From Cycas panzhihuaensis (Eukaryota; Plantae; Cycadophyta), in contig CM041465.1 of the NCBI GenBank assembly GCA_023213395.1, positions 233,933,741 through 233,997,740 on the forward strand: 64,000 bases of DNA, given 5' to 3'. Each line of letters begins with the position of its first letter. Position 1 is the first letter of the stretch. The position numbers and the translations under genes are program-made. This document shows, piece after piece, positions 13,931 to 27,110 of the stretch. The notes under the pieces were generated by a model that ran no database searches, was not told the DNA's origin, and was given only the letters and a program-made list of their open reading frames with translations.

Positions 13931-16900
13931 CTTTAGCTAAGGTTTTTAAAAGGTGGTAAATAAAGTGAGGTTTACAAAAGTTTTGGTTTTAAAATTTAAC
14001 CCAAGAGATAATATCCAAAGTTTTACCCAAAGTTTTCAAAATGTCCTAGTTGCTAATAAGGCTTCTAGGCTCTAAGTTCAAGGGTCTCCAATGAAAACCT
14101 TTGGTTGTTGTTCTATCTAGTGGCACTTGTCCATAAGTGGAAAAATATGGACCCAATATACCAGTGTGTGAGCTCAAGACTCGATATACCTTAATACAGA
14201 GGTTGCTATGAAGGTTTTTACACCCCCTTGAGTTGTTAGTCCACCTACGTCAGACTTATGCCTAGTGATAGATCTAGCAGTGAAGGTTATACAAACGAAG
14301 GGACTTACTCTCTCCAGGTCTAGCCTTAATCTCCAAACACTGATAAAATATTAGTTCTCCACTTCAGCCTACCACTTAATACACCTTATAGCCAATGACT
14401 TTACTTATCTAATATAAATAGGCCAGTTGGCGTGTGTGTGGTGGTAACTTCAAGGGTCCTAACCATTCCCCTTGCAAGGCTGAAAATAATATGGTTGATT
14501 CAGGAGTCATCTTTTTTAATATGAGAATATATTTAATTAGAAATGTGGTCTTGTTTAGCTTTTACAAGGTTCCTTTTATGTAAGAAATAAAGATAACTTC
14601 AAAAAGTAAATCCTTTAAGTAAGACAAATATGAAGATCAAGCTTTTATGAAATGGAAATATGATTCAAACTTCCTTCGAATGAAAATATGCTATAAACTT
14701 TCTTAAAATCACAACAAAGATGCTCTTATTCTTTAAATAAACCAAGGAATATAAGCTAGTATGCAAGCTAGTGCTTTCAAATTGATATATTTTATAAAGA
14801 AAATAAGAAACTATATGCTTCTTTTAAATGCAATGTAATAAGAGATCATTTAATGCTTTGAAATGTAAACTAATTTTTAATACAAATAATCAATAAAATT
14901 TTGCATCTAAATTTTGTAGCTTTCAAGTTGAATAAGGAATTAAATCCTTTAATAATAAAAAATAAGATGACTTCTTTGTCAAATTATGTAAAATAATATG
15001 AATGCTAAAATATTCCTTTATAAAGTAAGAATAGCTATATGAAACTTGAAATTTATAAGTAGAATCTTTGCTCAAAGTAATAAAAAATGCTAAAAAATTG
15101 TATGTATTCAATTGATAATACAAGAAATGAAACAAATTCAATATGGATAGTACATGTTTGTCAATTTCACACCACTTAGGTTACTTGAAGCTCAAGGTGT
15201 TGAAAATGATATCAATTAGCTACAAAATAGCTTAGAGTATATACAAAGACAAATAATAACTCCAAGAATTGATTAGTAATAAATAATGTTTTAAATATAA
15301 TCATTTAAAATAATGAAATACTTAAAAATATTATAAAACAAGCTTGTTTAGGGCTAAACAAGAAGCTCAAGTTGATCAGCTTCAAAAACCTACAAAATGA
15401 TGTTAAAATGTAATAAAACTGATTCCAACTTATAGTACTTTGAAATACCTTTCTGACAAATCTAATGGTTTAAAAAATGAAGTTGATATGACAAAATTAT
15501 TGTAAAAAACATAAATAAGCCTCTTTGTGGCTAATAAAATAACAACTAAGAAAAGGGGTGAAACTTAGTTGAAACGAACTCAAATTTAACAAGTAATAAT
15601 ACCACACTTTAGTGCTTTGAAATACGGTCCTAATGAGATCAATTTCACTAAACTTGATATCCAATAATAAGTTATAGCATTAAATGTGACAGGGTCTCTT
15701 AAGAGAAAAAATATAAAGAAACCTTTAATAAAGTAAGTTAACCCCTTTTGAAAAATAGGGTGCAGGGTCATATGGGGCTATTTTGAACCTGAACCCAGAT
15801 CTTTAAGAGAGCTATACACCCCATGCACTTAGTAAATGCTCATCTATAGGGTGAATATACCTAAGATCAAAAATAGCTTAAAGAAAGGTGAAAAATAACC
15901 TCTTAATATGCTTAAGACCAAGGTCACATAGAAATAAAATTGGGAGCTAGAATAAAAAGGGGGTTAAGACCCTTTTTATAATACCAGATTTGAAATATAA
16001 TTAATAACAACTAAATTTTTAAAACATTAGTAAAGTTTATAACGTAAAGTAAATTGATTTAATAATAGAAAATATTTAGAAAAATTAAACTTTTCATATG
16101 GCCATCAGTTGCGTGACCTCTGCGAAGACGCACAGGGGAGGAGTGAGTCAAATGATGATTAAATTCAGATTTGGAAGTTGTAGATATAAGAATTGAATAA
16201 GGGCGCACTTACCTATAAAGCTGATCAATTTTAATCTCGTTTTAGAGAGGTTATACGGTGATGCATAGAGAGGACTAGTGAGAGATAATATTGAGAATAG
16301 AGGTGAAATACAATCACAGTAATCACTGAATGATATTCAAATCTCTCCACGCTTGCTCACAGAAGAGGGATACCCTGATATATGGACTCAAATCATTAAA
16401 ATAAAATTAAAAAATATTTATTATACATGAAAAAATAAAAGAAAAAATGAGGAAAAACCTGGATGTAAAGGTTCAGTCAATTCAAACTTCTCGCTGGATG
16501 CACATAACCTCACATAATTTGAGACATAGCTAGATATGCCTGGTGACTCGAAACTGGTGAAATTTCATGAAGAATAGTCACCTGTAGAGTTAGAACAAAT
16601 CTACAGAGCAAAATAGGCCGAAAATGGACATATGATGACTCTAAGAGCGATATCTCTCAATACAGTCAACGAAAAATGGTGAGATTTTTTCTAGCAACTA
16701 GATGACTCAATTGTGAGTAGAATAAGTAGTTATATGTTATGGTTCTAAGCAACGTAGGAGTCACACTAACTGGTTCTAAATCGGTAAATAATAGTTCTAA
16801 AAACAAACAATAAAAAAATAATACAGTATAATGAAATATCAATGAATATTAACAAAATTCTCTATAGTTTGAATACTCTCAACCAGATAATATCAAATCA

Positions 16901-16962
16901 TACTAATAACCATGGAGGAGTGTTGTAATCTGAGTCCACCAAATGCTCACTCTGATACCAAA

Positions 16963-17322
16963 TATTAGAAGTGAGGTGCAGAGTGGGACCATTCACAGTA
17001 GCGAATGCAGAGCTTACAAGAGTAAGTTAATATCCCTGATTGATTTGTTGGTAGTGTTAAAAAACACCAAGGAGTTATTCCCACCCCATTTATAGGCAAT
17101 TTTGGGGAGGCAGTAAGTGCCTCAACCTAACATTTCTAAATTCAAAATAATATTAAAAAATATTAAGTAATAATTAAATACGTACCTTAATATAGATGCA
17201 TCGACTCCTTTGGCAACTGGTGGCGGCTGCTATATAGCTCGAGATGACTGAGGGAGGCCCAAGGTAGCTTTGAGATGCCTTAGGTGCACATTAACATAGG
17301 AGCATTAGGTATTATCCCAATA
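16963..17322 (-). repeat. Element B 5' LTR
   Basis: Adjacent to the PBS at 16949-16960; matches the split 3' LTR. Confidence 0.9.
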
Positions 17323-18009
17323 TTATATGCTGCAAAGGCTTTTAAAAATGAAACCTCTACCTTCTTTAATGCCTTTTATGGGTCTTTCATACCTCGTTAA
17401 ACATTTTCCTTCTTGTCATCTATCTTTAATTAAGAGGACAATGTAGCACTATGCAACTATTTCTAAATCACATCTATGCTTTTCAAAAACATTTATAATT
17501 TTTCTTGAGATTTATATCCTTTTGACACCATTAATTTGAATATTTATAAACATGTTTAAGATCTAATACCGAAACTTAGATATCATAATGTTCCATCGAT
17601 GTTAGTCTATATGAAGTTATAGGTTAAAGAACTTAACTTAGCATTGACAATTATATAGTAGAAGATGATTCTGGAAAAAACTATATGGAGAAAAAAAATA
17701 ATAAATAATACAAATCTTAATTAATATAAAGATAACCTTATACAAGTGTCCTTAAAAGAGAACCATATATAAGGGTTTCAAGGATTCCAATTATGAGTAT
17801 AAAGAGAGGGTTATACAAGACTCCCTAAAGTGTTCCACCTAATGGGTTTTATATCATCTCCTAAAAATAAGTAGTCATTGTTAAAGAAGCCTATGAGTCA
17901 ACTAATTTATAATAACTTCTTAATCTTGTAACTATTTTTTAATCTTCAAACCACTTCCATTTGCTAACAATTATTTGTAGTCAGTATATGGCTTATATCT
18001 AACTTGTCT

Positions 18010-18200
18010 AATCACTAGTCACTAGACATTGGCTATTAACTATCATTCATTTATTACTAGTCACTAACTACTAGCTATTATTTATTAACTAGTGGTTTCT
18101 AACCATTAGTTATTAGTCATTGACATAGGTCACCAGGTTTTGGCTCCTGAATATTGGTTTTTAGTCATTGGTCATAGGTCATTAATCATTAATCATTGGT
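18010..18200. repeat. Degenerate ~7-bp tandem array (TAGTCAC / TTGGTCA / TTAATCA type)
   Basis: Recurring tagtcac, tagtcat, ttggtca and ttaatca units read directly from the sequence. Confidence 0.65.
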
Positions 18201-20439
18201 TATTATCCATTTTGAAATTGTGTTGATAGTCATTACACTCTTCTTATTGGGATTTCACGTCATCCTCTTCTTACCAAGATTGGCAATCATCTCCTTCATC
18301 TAGGCTTAAGCTTAATTCATACTCTTATCTCATTGGAATCCCTTCCCTTTTATATCTTTACTATTACCATAACTCTTACGTTAAGTTCTAAAGAGAAGTT
18401 GCCTCTTTATGCTAGACAAAAATCAATAATAAAGATTTCTTACAAAAGTGGTTAAACATATCCAATTGCATACTAAACATGTCATTATTCTAAATTATAG
18501 AACATTTAATTGTTGTTTAATTTGAGCAGTAGAAAATAGTATTCCTAACGTTATGATCTATATAGAAGGAAATAATTAACATGATGCAATTTTTTTCTTA
18601 ATACTCATTGAGGAAAAAATATCCCTTAAAATAATTAGTCTGAGTAGATGAATGGATTAATTTAAAATAACGTGAGAAAATTTTAGAGTTCTCACATTAC
18701 ACTCCAATATTAAACCCTTAAAGCCTAGGTCTACATGATTCAATGAACTATCTAAGATTTTATAGCTCTGATGTAAGAATAAGTCACATTCATTACTTGT
18801 TATCCAAACATGCATGTTCTACAAATATCAAATTTGCCATGCAAGTCAATTTATTCTCTATGATATATAGACATACTTTTGTCCGAACATATATGAATAA
18901 ATGAATTGCTCTCTATTAATTTGGCTTAATAAAAAATAATCGACAATTCTTTGATTTTATAAAAGATGCATTACATCATATGATATGCTTGATGAGTGAA
19001 GAATAAATGGATAAATATAAGTAGTTTTGATAAATATTAAAGGATGGTCTTATACTTTGCTCATGATACAAATATTATATAGTATATAGTATATATATAT
19101 ATATTAACTTTTAAGTGAGTTCGTATGCATGTCATCATGTAATTATTGGAGTAAATCACTATTGAATTAATGGTTTTCAAACTCTAGTTGTGATCATTAT
19201 TATCATATGCAATAAGCATTGAGTTTTAAGTAAAAAAGAATTGTACATAAATATCATCATTATTAGAGCTTCATCTTAATCAAGATTCAAACGATGATTT
19301 ATTTTAGGACTATAAACATTTATGAGGGTCACTTCGTCACACTTGGTAGATTAAAGTAGAAACTATTTTATTTCTCTTTAAAGATTTGATTCCTTAGCAC
19401 ATTAGGAATTAAATCAAAGTAGTCTAAGCTAATTGAAAGATGTCCTCAAATTCAATTTGAAGGTTGCATGCGGGAAACCCTTTTAATAATCTTAACCATG
19501 AGATTATCTATAGTTTGAACTATGAAGTCATCTAAATGTTCAAGCTTAAGATGACAACCAATGTTAAATGAAAAGAATAAAGTAACTCAAGTTATAGAAG
19601 GAAAAATCATAGTTAGAAAAATAAGAAGAAAAGAAAAGAAATCTAGTAAACAAAAATAAACTATGAATCTTAACTTCGTGACCGATGCAAATTAGTCTCT
19701 AACAATTAGAAAATTAAAGATCACATGACTTCTTGAGTCATGGGAAAAGTGTATCAAATTTAAAATTCATCCCAACAACTTTATCAAAAGTAATACTCAA
19801 TCTTAAATAAAAATTAAGTTGTTGAAAAGATGCCCTAAACAACAAAAAAGAGGTGGGAAGGGGGCGAAAGAAAAAAGGAAGGGTATATTTTTCAATTTAT
19901 AAGCTCATCACTGTATATTTTTTCATTTTGCGCTTGAAGAGTCATTTGACACCAACAAATACTTTGAACTGACATAAATGTTTTTATTTTTACAAATAAC
20001 AATCATACGGGACCAAATATCATATTAAATTGTAAACTATTAACCATTAATCTAGTGAAAAATTCAACGTTTCCTTTGAGTTATAGCGCCTTAACAAAAG
20101 CCCATCTATCAATATCTATATATATTGCACATGCGGGAGAATGTGAATTCCACAAAATCATAGGCCTTTTAATCCTCATATTCACTTTGATACACTGTGG
20201 CTCGCCAAAAGAGGGAAAAGGCATAATGGGAATCCCTAGAAGTCTCCATATAGATTAGGTATATGTGCATTGTGGACGGTAAAATTTTCCAAGAGGGCCA
20301 CGATGCCCATCACATGTAGGCTTCAAAGGAAATCCTTCAATTTGGGCACTTAGATACTTAATGTACGATTTGCCTTTTATAATATCCTGCATTAAACACA
20401 TACAATTCAATAACAAGGCCAATTCGTCTGACTCCTGTG

Positions 20440-20458
20440 TATATATATATATATATAT
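20440..20458. repeat. (TA)n microsatellite in the SAUR upstream region
   Basis: Direct read. Confidence 0.85.
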
Positions 20459-20839
20459 TATATCAGAGCCATAATGCTGGCAATATTCAATGAAGGTCAG
20501 CGCCTAATTGGATCTGCAACCCATCTGCTCCATATCACGAGGACTCGGCCAAATGTACATATAATTACTTCGGCATATGGTGGGTCAGAACCAACGCATC
20601 TCCAGATGGCCTGGCGACCGTCCAAGCCATCTACTCTTCATCATCGGTAGACCGTCTTCATAATCTCCATATTATCATCATATCCAACAGAGCTCCCCTT
20701 TGGATTCAACCGTTTCCCATTCGATCGTCCACTCGGATTCAACAGGGTTTAGAAGCTTCTGCAACATCTACCCCCAAGTATTTTGGGGGATTCATATCAT
20801 TCGGCTAATTAATCCCAGCCAGGGCCTAAGATTAGCAGA

Positions 20840-21397
20840 ATGGGCGGAAACAAAGCCAACAAAATCCGCCAAATAGTGAGGTTGCAGCAGATTGTAAAGA
20901 AATGGCACAAACTGGCCAGTGCCCGCAGGGAGTCATTAAAATTCAATGGGGGCAATGCTCGTCACGGGGCCGGGAATTATAATAATAATGGCAATTCTCA
21001 GATCGCTCTGAACAGACGGCGTTCTGCATTGTTTAGCTTCTCGGGGGCTAATTCATCTTCATGTGACCGCGATCCTCCTCCAGATGTTCCCGAAGGGTGC
21101 TTGGCTGTGTACGTGGGGAAGGAACTGAAAAGGTTCATAATCCCGACGGTTTATTTGAAGTATCCCGTTTTCAAAGAGCTGCTGGCGAAGGCCGAGGAGG
21201 AGTTCGGATTCGATCACAGAGGAGGACTGACTCTTCCCTGTGATACGGTTGTTTTCCAGTATCTTACTTGGAAGTTGGCCGAGAATGATCCGACCGCCAT
21301 GAATATGGATTTGCAGGATTTTATGATGAACTTTAACGACAGGCATACCTGTCAAATTCATCAGTTGAACGCCATGACCGTTGGCACCTATGTTTGA
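20840..21397 (+). CDS. SAUR: SAUR-family auxin-responsive protein (185 aa, intronless)
   Basis: Intact ORF with the SAUR core PPDVPEGCLAVYVGKELKRFIIPTVYLKYPVFKELLAKAEEEFGFDHRGGLTLPC and basic N-terminal KIRQIVRLQQIVKKW; CpG-rich compared with the flanking TE DNA. Confidence 0.96.
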   Translation: MGGNKANKIRQIVRLQQIVKKWHKLASARRESLKFNGGNARHGAGNYNNNGNSQIALNRRRSALFSFSGANSSSCDRDPPPDVPEGCLAVYVGKELKRFIIPTVYLKYPVFKELLAKAEEEFGFDHRGGLTLPCDTVVFQYLTWKLAENDPTAMNMDLQDFMMNFNDRHTCQIHQLNAMTVGTYV

Positions 21398-22099
21398 TAG
21401 CATTCCGTATTTGTATTGAAATCAACGACTGGTTTCGATTGAGTATGAGAATAAGTAGTAATGAATGGCAGAGAACGAGTAATAATGAATGGCAGAACAC
21501 TGCCATGATGATAGCTCTCTCTGGATGAGCTACATTGCTCACAACATTGTACTTTGTTCGCTTTACTGATTTTTGTGATGATCGTCTCATTGTTTATGTA
21601 GATTTTGATTCTGTATTTTACAAAAATGGGCCATGCTTTTATTACGAATTGTTTCTGTTCTCAGATGGAACCTGTTCTTGGATGGGTTCCAAAGTCTATG
21701 CCATGCATATGATATGGTAATAATATACCGGACACCAACCCACTCTACAGATCAAAACCGGGGCAATGAATTGGAGTTGTAGCCATTGCCCTAACGATGA
21801 GGAATTTGGTGATAAATGGGTTGCATCATATAGCAGTCATCATGAAGAGGATTATAAATGTAAATCAGCTTTTAACAAAGTATTGTTCCATTCTTTTAAT
21901 GTTTTAATATAATATAAACTACATCACACTAATGATAAGGATTTTGTAAGTAAAATTCTAGTTCATATCATCAACTCCAGTAAAAATAATAGACATATTT
22001 AGATAAATGCTTCAGTATTATTATATATAATATAATTATTTTTATTAAAAATAATATAATTTAATTTAATATTTTATACTTTATTGCAAGAAGGATTGG

Positions 22100-23991
22100 G
22101 GAGGCAAATGTAGTGCATATTCTTTCCTTTTCATTTGTATATAGAATTAGCCTCCCCCAACACACATAGGGCCATACCTTTGTCAACTTGCATATTGCAA
22201 GTTTCTTTATTCTATGGTTAAAAGTATTTCAACCAAAATATTAAAATAGCTTGTGTCAACATAGAGTAATTTGAGTCCTTTGTGATGTTCACATGTCATC
22301 TTCCAAATGTACTAGAATCCTCAAGTGGAGTTCAATGGACTATGGATCTAAGATGGAGCTATTGTAAAGGAGAATATTATTATAATTATTGCATACTTGC
22401 CACTAATGCATGATCATTCTAGTGGTAGGTTATTGGAAACTGGTGGGCACATTAAGTCTTATGTGGAATTGTGTTTTCTTAACTAAAATTGTGCATAATA
22501 GGTCATAAATATATGTGGAATTATGACTTGTCAACAACCATGCACTTGTGTATGCTCATAACACATCAATGTAGGTTAAGTGCTATATTAAGATTGAATC
22601 CTATGATTGAAGGGCCTAAAAGCTTTAGATTTTATCACTTGAAGATGTTGTATATATTAATAGGTTCTAACATATACTTCTCCACAACATGCATAAAAAT
22701 AATGATAATAACAACATTCACATGAAAATAAAAACATTTAATAATACATGCATGAATGAAATGAAGGGAAATATACCAATGAATGACATATAATATTAAC
22801 ATATATAGCACACATGGCAATGGTAATAAGAACAACATGCATTCATATGAAAGTAAAGGCATGCATGTGAAGGTATGTTCTTATTATCATTGGCATGTAT
22901 GCTATGGAAAATAAAAGCATACAATGTTACAAACCCTCAAGGATCTGTAATGTTTCTATGCCTAAGCAATCATAGCTAATAAGTGCAATATTAAACATAC
23001 AATAGAATAATACATAAAATAGTAGATATTAATAGGTGTTCAATCCTCTTTGAGGAGAGGGTTCCTCAAGGATGCTTTGCAGCCTACAAGTTCCTCCAAA
23101 TAATCAAAGCTCTAAAGAATATCCAATAATGATATCACATTAGATCCCCATTACATAAATACCCACGAATAAGACTATGAAAGGAGGTGTTCATTCATAC
23201 AAATGGAGGTGTTTATTTATAAGGTGTCGATTTGTAACAGGTCCCCCCTCTAGAAAGATGCTTTGCCCTCAAAGCATTGTAACTTATAAGTTCTATTGAT
23301 GCCAAATTGTAAGTTGTGTCTTTGGTATCCATATTCTTCCACTTGTCTAATCTATTTTATAAGTGTATGATGATAACTTTATGTGGTCATGCAATATGGG
23401 GATCGATGTGGCAAACAAAAGGGAAGAAGAAAAAGTAAGAGATATTATATGCAAAGGTTTGGTTGGGAAACTAAAGATATAAGGGGAGGAGGGGATGTGG
23501 ACATAGGATAAGTAAGAGAGATATGTGGACAATGAGTGACAATATAGGTAAATGAGGGATGAAGGACATCATATTTATAAGTAGTTTTAATGAATGGGAA
23601 TTTTATAAGTGATGAATAGGGAATAAAGGCTAAGCATTCCTTATGGAAATGGGATTTGACAAGGGTATTTGAGAATAACATGTAGGGCTATATGAAAAAC
23701 ACCAAGATCAAGCATCATATAATGAAATTTTGATCATTCAAAGGTTGACTAATAAATTCTAAAAAAGCATCTTAAAAACCTTTAGTAAATTTTAAGAATA
23801 AAATTCTAAGGATATAAAGCTCCAAATAAAGTCATGTGTATATCCATTTCAAAGGCACCTAAGTATAGGCTTTAATGAAATAAATGACACTTAATTATGG
23901 CCCCTTAAATGAAAGTTATGGTAAAAAGAGTATAATTAGTCATAAAAGAACAAAGACTAGGCAAAATAATGTTTAGGCCCCTTTCACAACA
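22100..23991 (-). mobile_element. Probable decayed LTR / solo-LTR sequence
   Basis: Minus-strand start TGTTGTGAAAGGGG at 23991 and TATA-like TATTTATAAGG near 23214; no TSD or left boundary identified. Confidence 0.3.
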
Positions 23992-24899
23992 AATGTTTAA
24001 TCATGTAGATTAGTTCATATGACCATGATTTCTATTGACAAGGATGAACTCCACAAAAAAAATTTATGAGGTTTAATTTTTCTTAACTCAATGAATAAAG
24101 GATTTTTTTTTTTTTTTTCCTTTTTATGTTTAGCTTTCTAACAGGCAATAATGTTTCATGACTTCCTGTGCACTCAATATCTTCACTAGTGGCATTTGAT
24201 TATTTACACTACTACTATTGAATTCAAATTTGATAGATTTTTTTCTTTGTTAACCCTTGGGAAAAAATAAACTATCAAAATTCAAGTTTGTCCCATGCTA
24301 ATTCAATGTGGATTTTTCTATCTCTAAGTTGATTTCGAATGCATTTTTGTTGTGGTGCCTTTGTTTGGGATTCTCCATTGTACTAATTAGTATACCTAGG
24401 ATTAAATGGTCTCCTACTATATAACATGTGGATGTTTGACTATGAGGAAAGCTTGAAATTATTTAAGTAGTTTGAATAATATGCAAATGTTTCACCTACT
24501 ACTAGCTCCTACATCTAGGCCTGCAAGTGGATAAAAACTCCTGCCAATTATGGGATTAAAATGGTCTAGGGTTGCATAATATGTAGATATTTTTGCCCAC
24601 TATTGGCTATGTGTTAAGTTTAAGTCTACAATCTGATTGGGGGTCCTTTGGAGTGTAGCTCACTTACATTGCCCTTGTTACCTCTAGAACTCTTGCTACG
24701 TCAACCTTTGTGATAATAGCATGGAGGTCACCCTTTTCTGAGCAGCATGCCAATGGTTAGTACATGCACTGATATCGCCCTTTTAATGTGAGTGATCTCG
24801 TATCTTAATAATGCTGATGTATGTTAATACAATGATGATGCCCCCGTCCTTTATTTAGTAGAATTCCAAACCACACCACACACAGAGACAACTCATCAT

Positions 24900-27110
24900 A
24901 TATGAATCCTATGGATTTGTATTAAAGCCACTAGCTTCCATGAAGGCTATGATCATATACTAATGTGTTTAAGAGATATCCAACTAAGACTAAAGATGTA
25001 TATTAGTCATCATGATCCTTCGCAAGCTCTTAAGTTTCCTACCCACCTCTTTTCCTTTGAGAAAGTTCAAGAGGATAAGCACATCTTATCTTTTATTCAA
25101 GGTCATACCACCCCATGGGATATCACAGTGTCCCTAAAGGCCTATTTCGAGGTAGAAGCAGGTGAATCAACTCATGTTTGGGCATGACTATGACTTAATC
25201 CATGACTTCTACTCTTCAATGCCCTACCCTCTTCCACCACTATTCCTACTATGACTTAATCCACACAGTTTGACTCCTTACCCCAAGTTGTGGCTTAGTC
25301 TACAGCTCTACCTACCTAAGACATTCCCACCACCTCTTCTTTCATTGATCCCTTTCATGGGATGGGGCTTGAGCTATCTCTGGCTACCTCTCAACTCACT
25401 CCCCATGTTTTCCAACCTACCTCCCTTACACCCCCATTACACACATCCATTCTTTAACCAAGCACAACTTTAATTCCTCCCATCAACCCCTATGTCCCAC
25501 CCTGTCCCTGCTATGTGGGACTTAGTGGGGGTCCTCATCTCCATCCTTGCCCACATCATACTAACCCTACCATGTTCATCTCACTAGGATACACAACCTA
25601 ATAATAGGGGCATGGTGGACCTTATCCTTTACCTACTTATCAGGTGGATCCTCTCCACCTCTATGAAGTCAGTCCTCCCATAGGGGATCTGTTCAAATAA
25701 AACCCCCTTCCACATCCTCCATATCACTCCTCTTATTCAGTGTAATTGGCCCATTCTTATCAAGTCTCATTTGTGGCACCACTCACCCCTCCTTGTGTCA
25801 TTGTTTCTCCATAAGGGGTGGTGGCTCAGGTAAATCCATCCTACTAAAACCCCTTGTATAATGTTTTAGGTTACCCTGGTCCACCTTCATACTCCTCCTC
25901 CACTTATCTAGGCATAACACCTCCCAACTAGGGTAGGGGCATGCCTCAACCTACACCTCCATATGTGCCCTACCAACAAGGGCATCCCACTTATCTCACG
26001 CCTTACTCCCAACCTTACTCCCAACCTGGGTATTATCTCCTACCATCCTAACCATCTTTTAATCCTTTAGCCCAACTAGGGGCATGCCCCTTTATGGACT
26101 ATAGGACCAACCCTCTTTTGTTAGAAGCATTAAGAATTGACTTGGCCCCCCATCCACCTAAAGTACCTAAATTTAATGGAACTTCATCTTAGGACCCCAC
26201 AAATCATGTTAGGATATTTCCCATGGAATGTATCAATTATTGGGCTTATGACCATATTTTAATGAAATTATTTTCGATGTCCCTTTAGGAGGATGCTCTA
26301 AAGTGGTTTTATTACCTCCTCATCCATTCTATAATATGCTTCCAATAATTAGTTGACACCTTCGTCAACTATTTTGATGTAACCCATCTATTTAAGAGTG
26401 GGGCTAAAGCCCTAATTTCTCTTAAGCAAGGCCCAAATGAACTCAATTGAGATATTATCTAATTATTTCATGATATCATTGTTAATGCCCTATGCCATGA
26501 AGTCCATGTTGAAGTACTCAAAATAGGTGTGATGGTGTGTGATTAAGCTATCGTTAAATGCTTAGCCCTTGAGTCCAATGATATTTAAACTAGTCTTAAA
26601 AAGGTTAGTAGACACCAAACACCACCCCCCCCCCCCCCAACCCTCCCCGCCCCACATCACCAGGTACCACCTCCCCTATGAGATCAAAGGTCACAACCAA
26701 CAACTCCTAGGCTTTTTATCGTTAATACCATTAAGATAATGGATTCTTTCATGTGCATTGTTTGCTCATTCAAGCGAGCAATTAGAGATCTAAAACTTTA
26801 GCCTAATTAGTTCATTCCTAAGCCATAAGTTCCTCCCCATAGGTATCGACCCATTTATCAAGTTGCCTAAACCATGACTTAAATGAAAGGAGGTTTTAAC
26901 CCTCCTCAAGAAAAGAAGTCTCAACCTCCTTTCGAGAAGAGATGGTGTGTCATCCATGACTATTATACCCATGATGATGCTCACTAGTAAACTCAACACC
27001 ATGAGTTACTACCCCCTCAACATTCCCCATCACAACCATCTTCCAAGTCAAACCTAGACTAATTGATCCACTAAGATCCATTCTCAAGCCATAATGCTCC
27101 TAAGTAACCC
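24900..27110 (+). pseudogene. Tat-type Gypsy gag relic, same family as element C
   Basis: Pro/His-rich N-terminal part, then PFMDYRT..EALRIDLAPHPPKVPKFNG, MKLFSMSL*EDALKWFY and KRWCVIH, homologous to the gag at 55900-57000 (-). Confidence 0.8.

Larger units (their letters stand above)
1237..17322 (-). mobile_element. Ty1/Copia LTR retrotransposon B (full-length, decayed); 3' LTR interrupted by element A
   Basis: 360-bp LTRs (16963-17322, and 1237-1259 joined to 9352-9688); TSD TTACA (1232-1236) / TTATA (17323-17327); tRNA-iMet PBS reverse complement ACTCTGATACCA at 16949-16960; PPT reverse complement TTCTCCCCT at 9689-9697; domain order GAG-PR-INT-RT-RH on the minus strand. Confidence 0.92.

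Noticed and set aside
20000-20580. Auxin-response motifs (GGTCCC-like near 20008, CATATG at 20574-20579)
   Set aside because: Hexamers expected by chance; no canonical TGTCTC seen nearby and the transcription start is unknown.
21059-21720. ORFs 21059-21403 (-), 21333-21590 (-) and 21535-21720 (+)
   Set aside because: Antisense shadows or UTR ORFs of the SAUR gene with no domain motifs.
24815-24835. TGATGTATG as a candidate 5' LTR start for element D
   Set aside because: Similarity to 33696 stops after ~9 nt.
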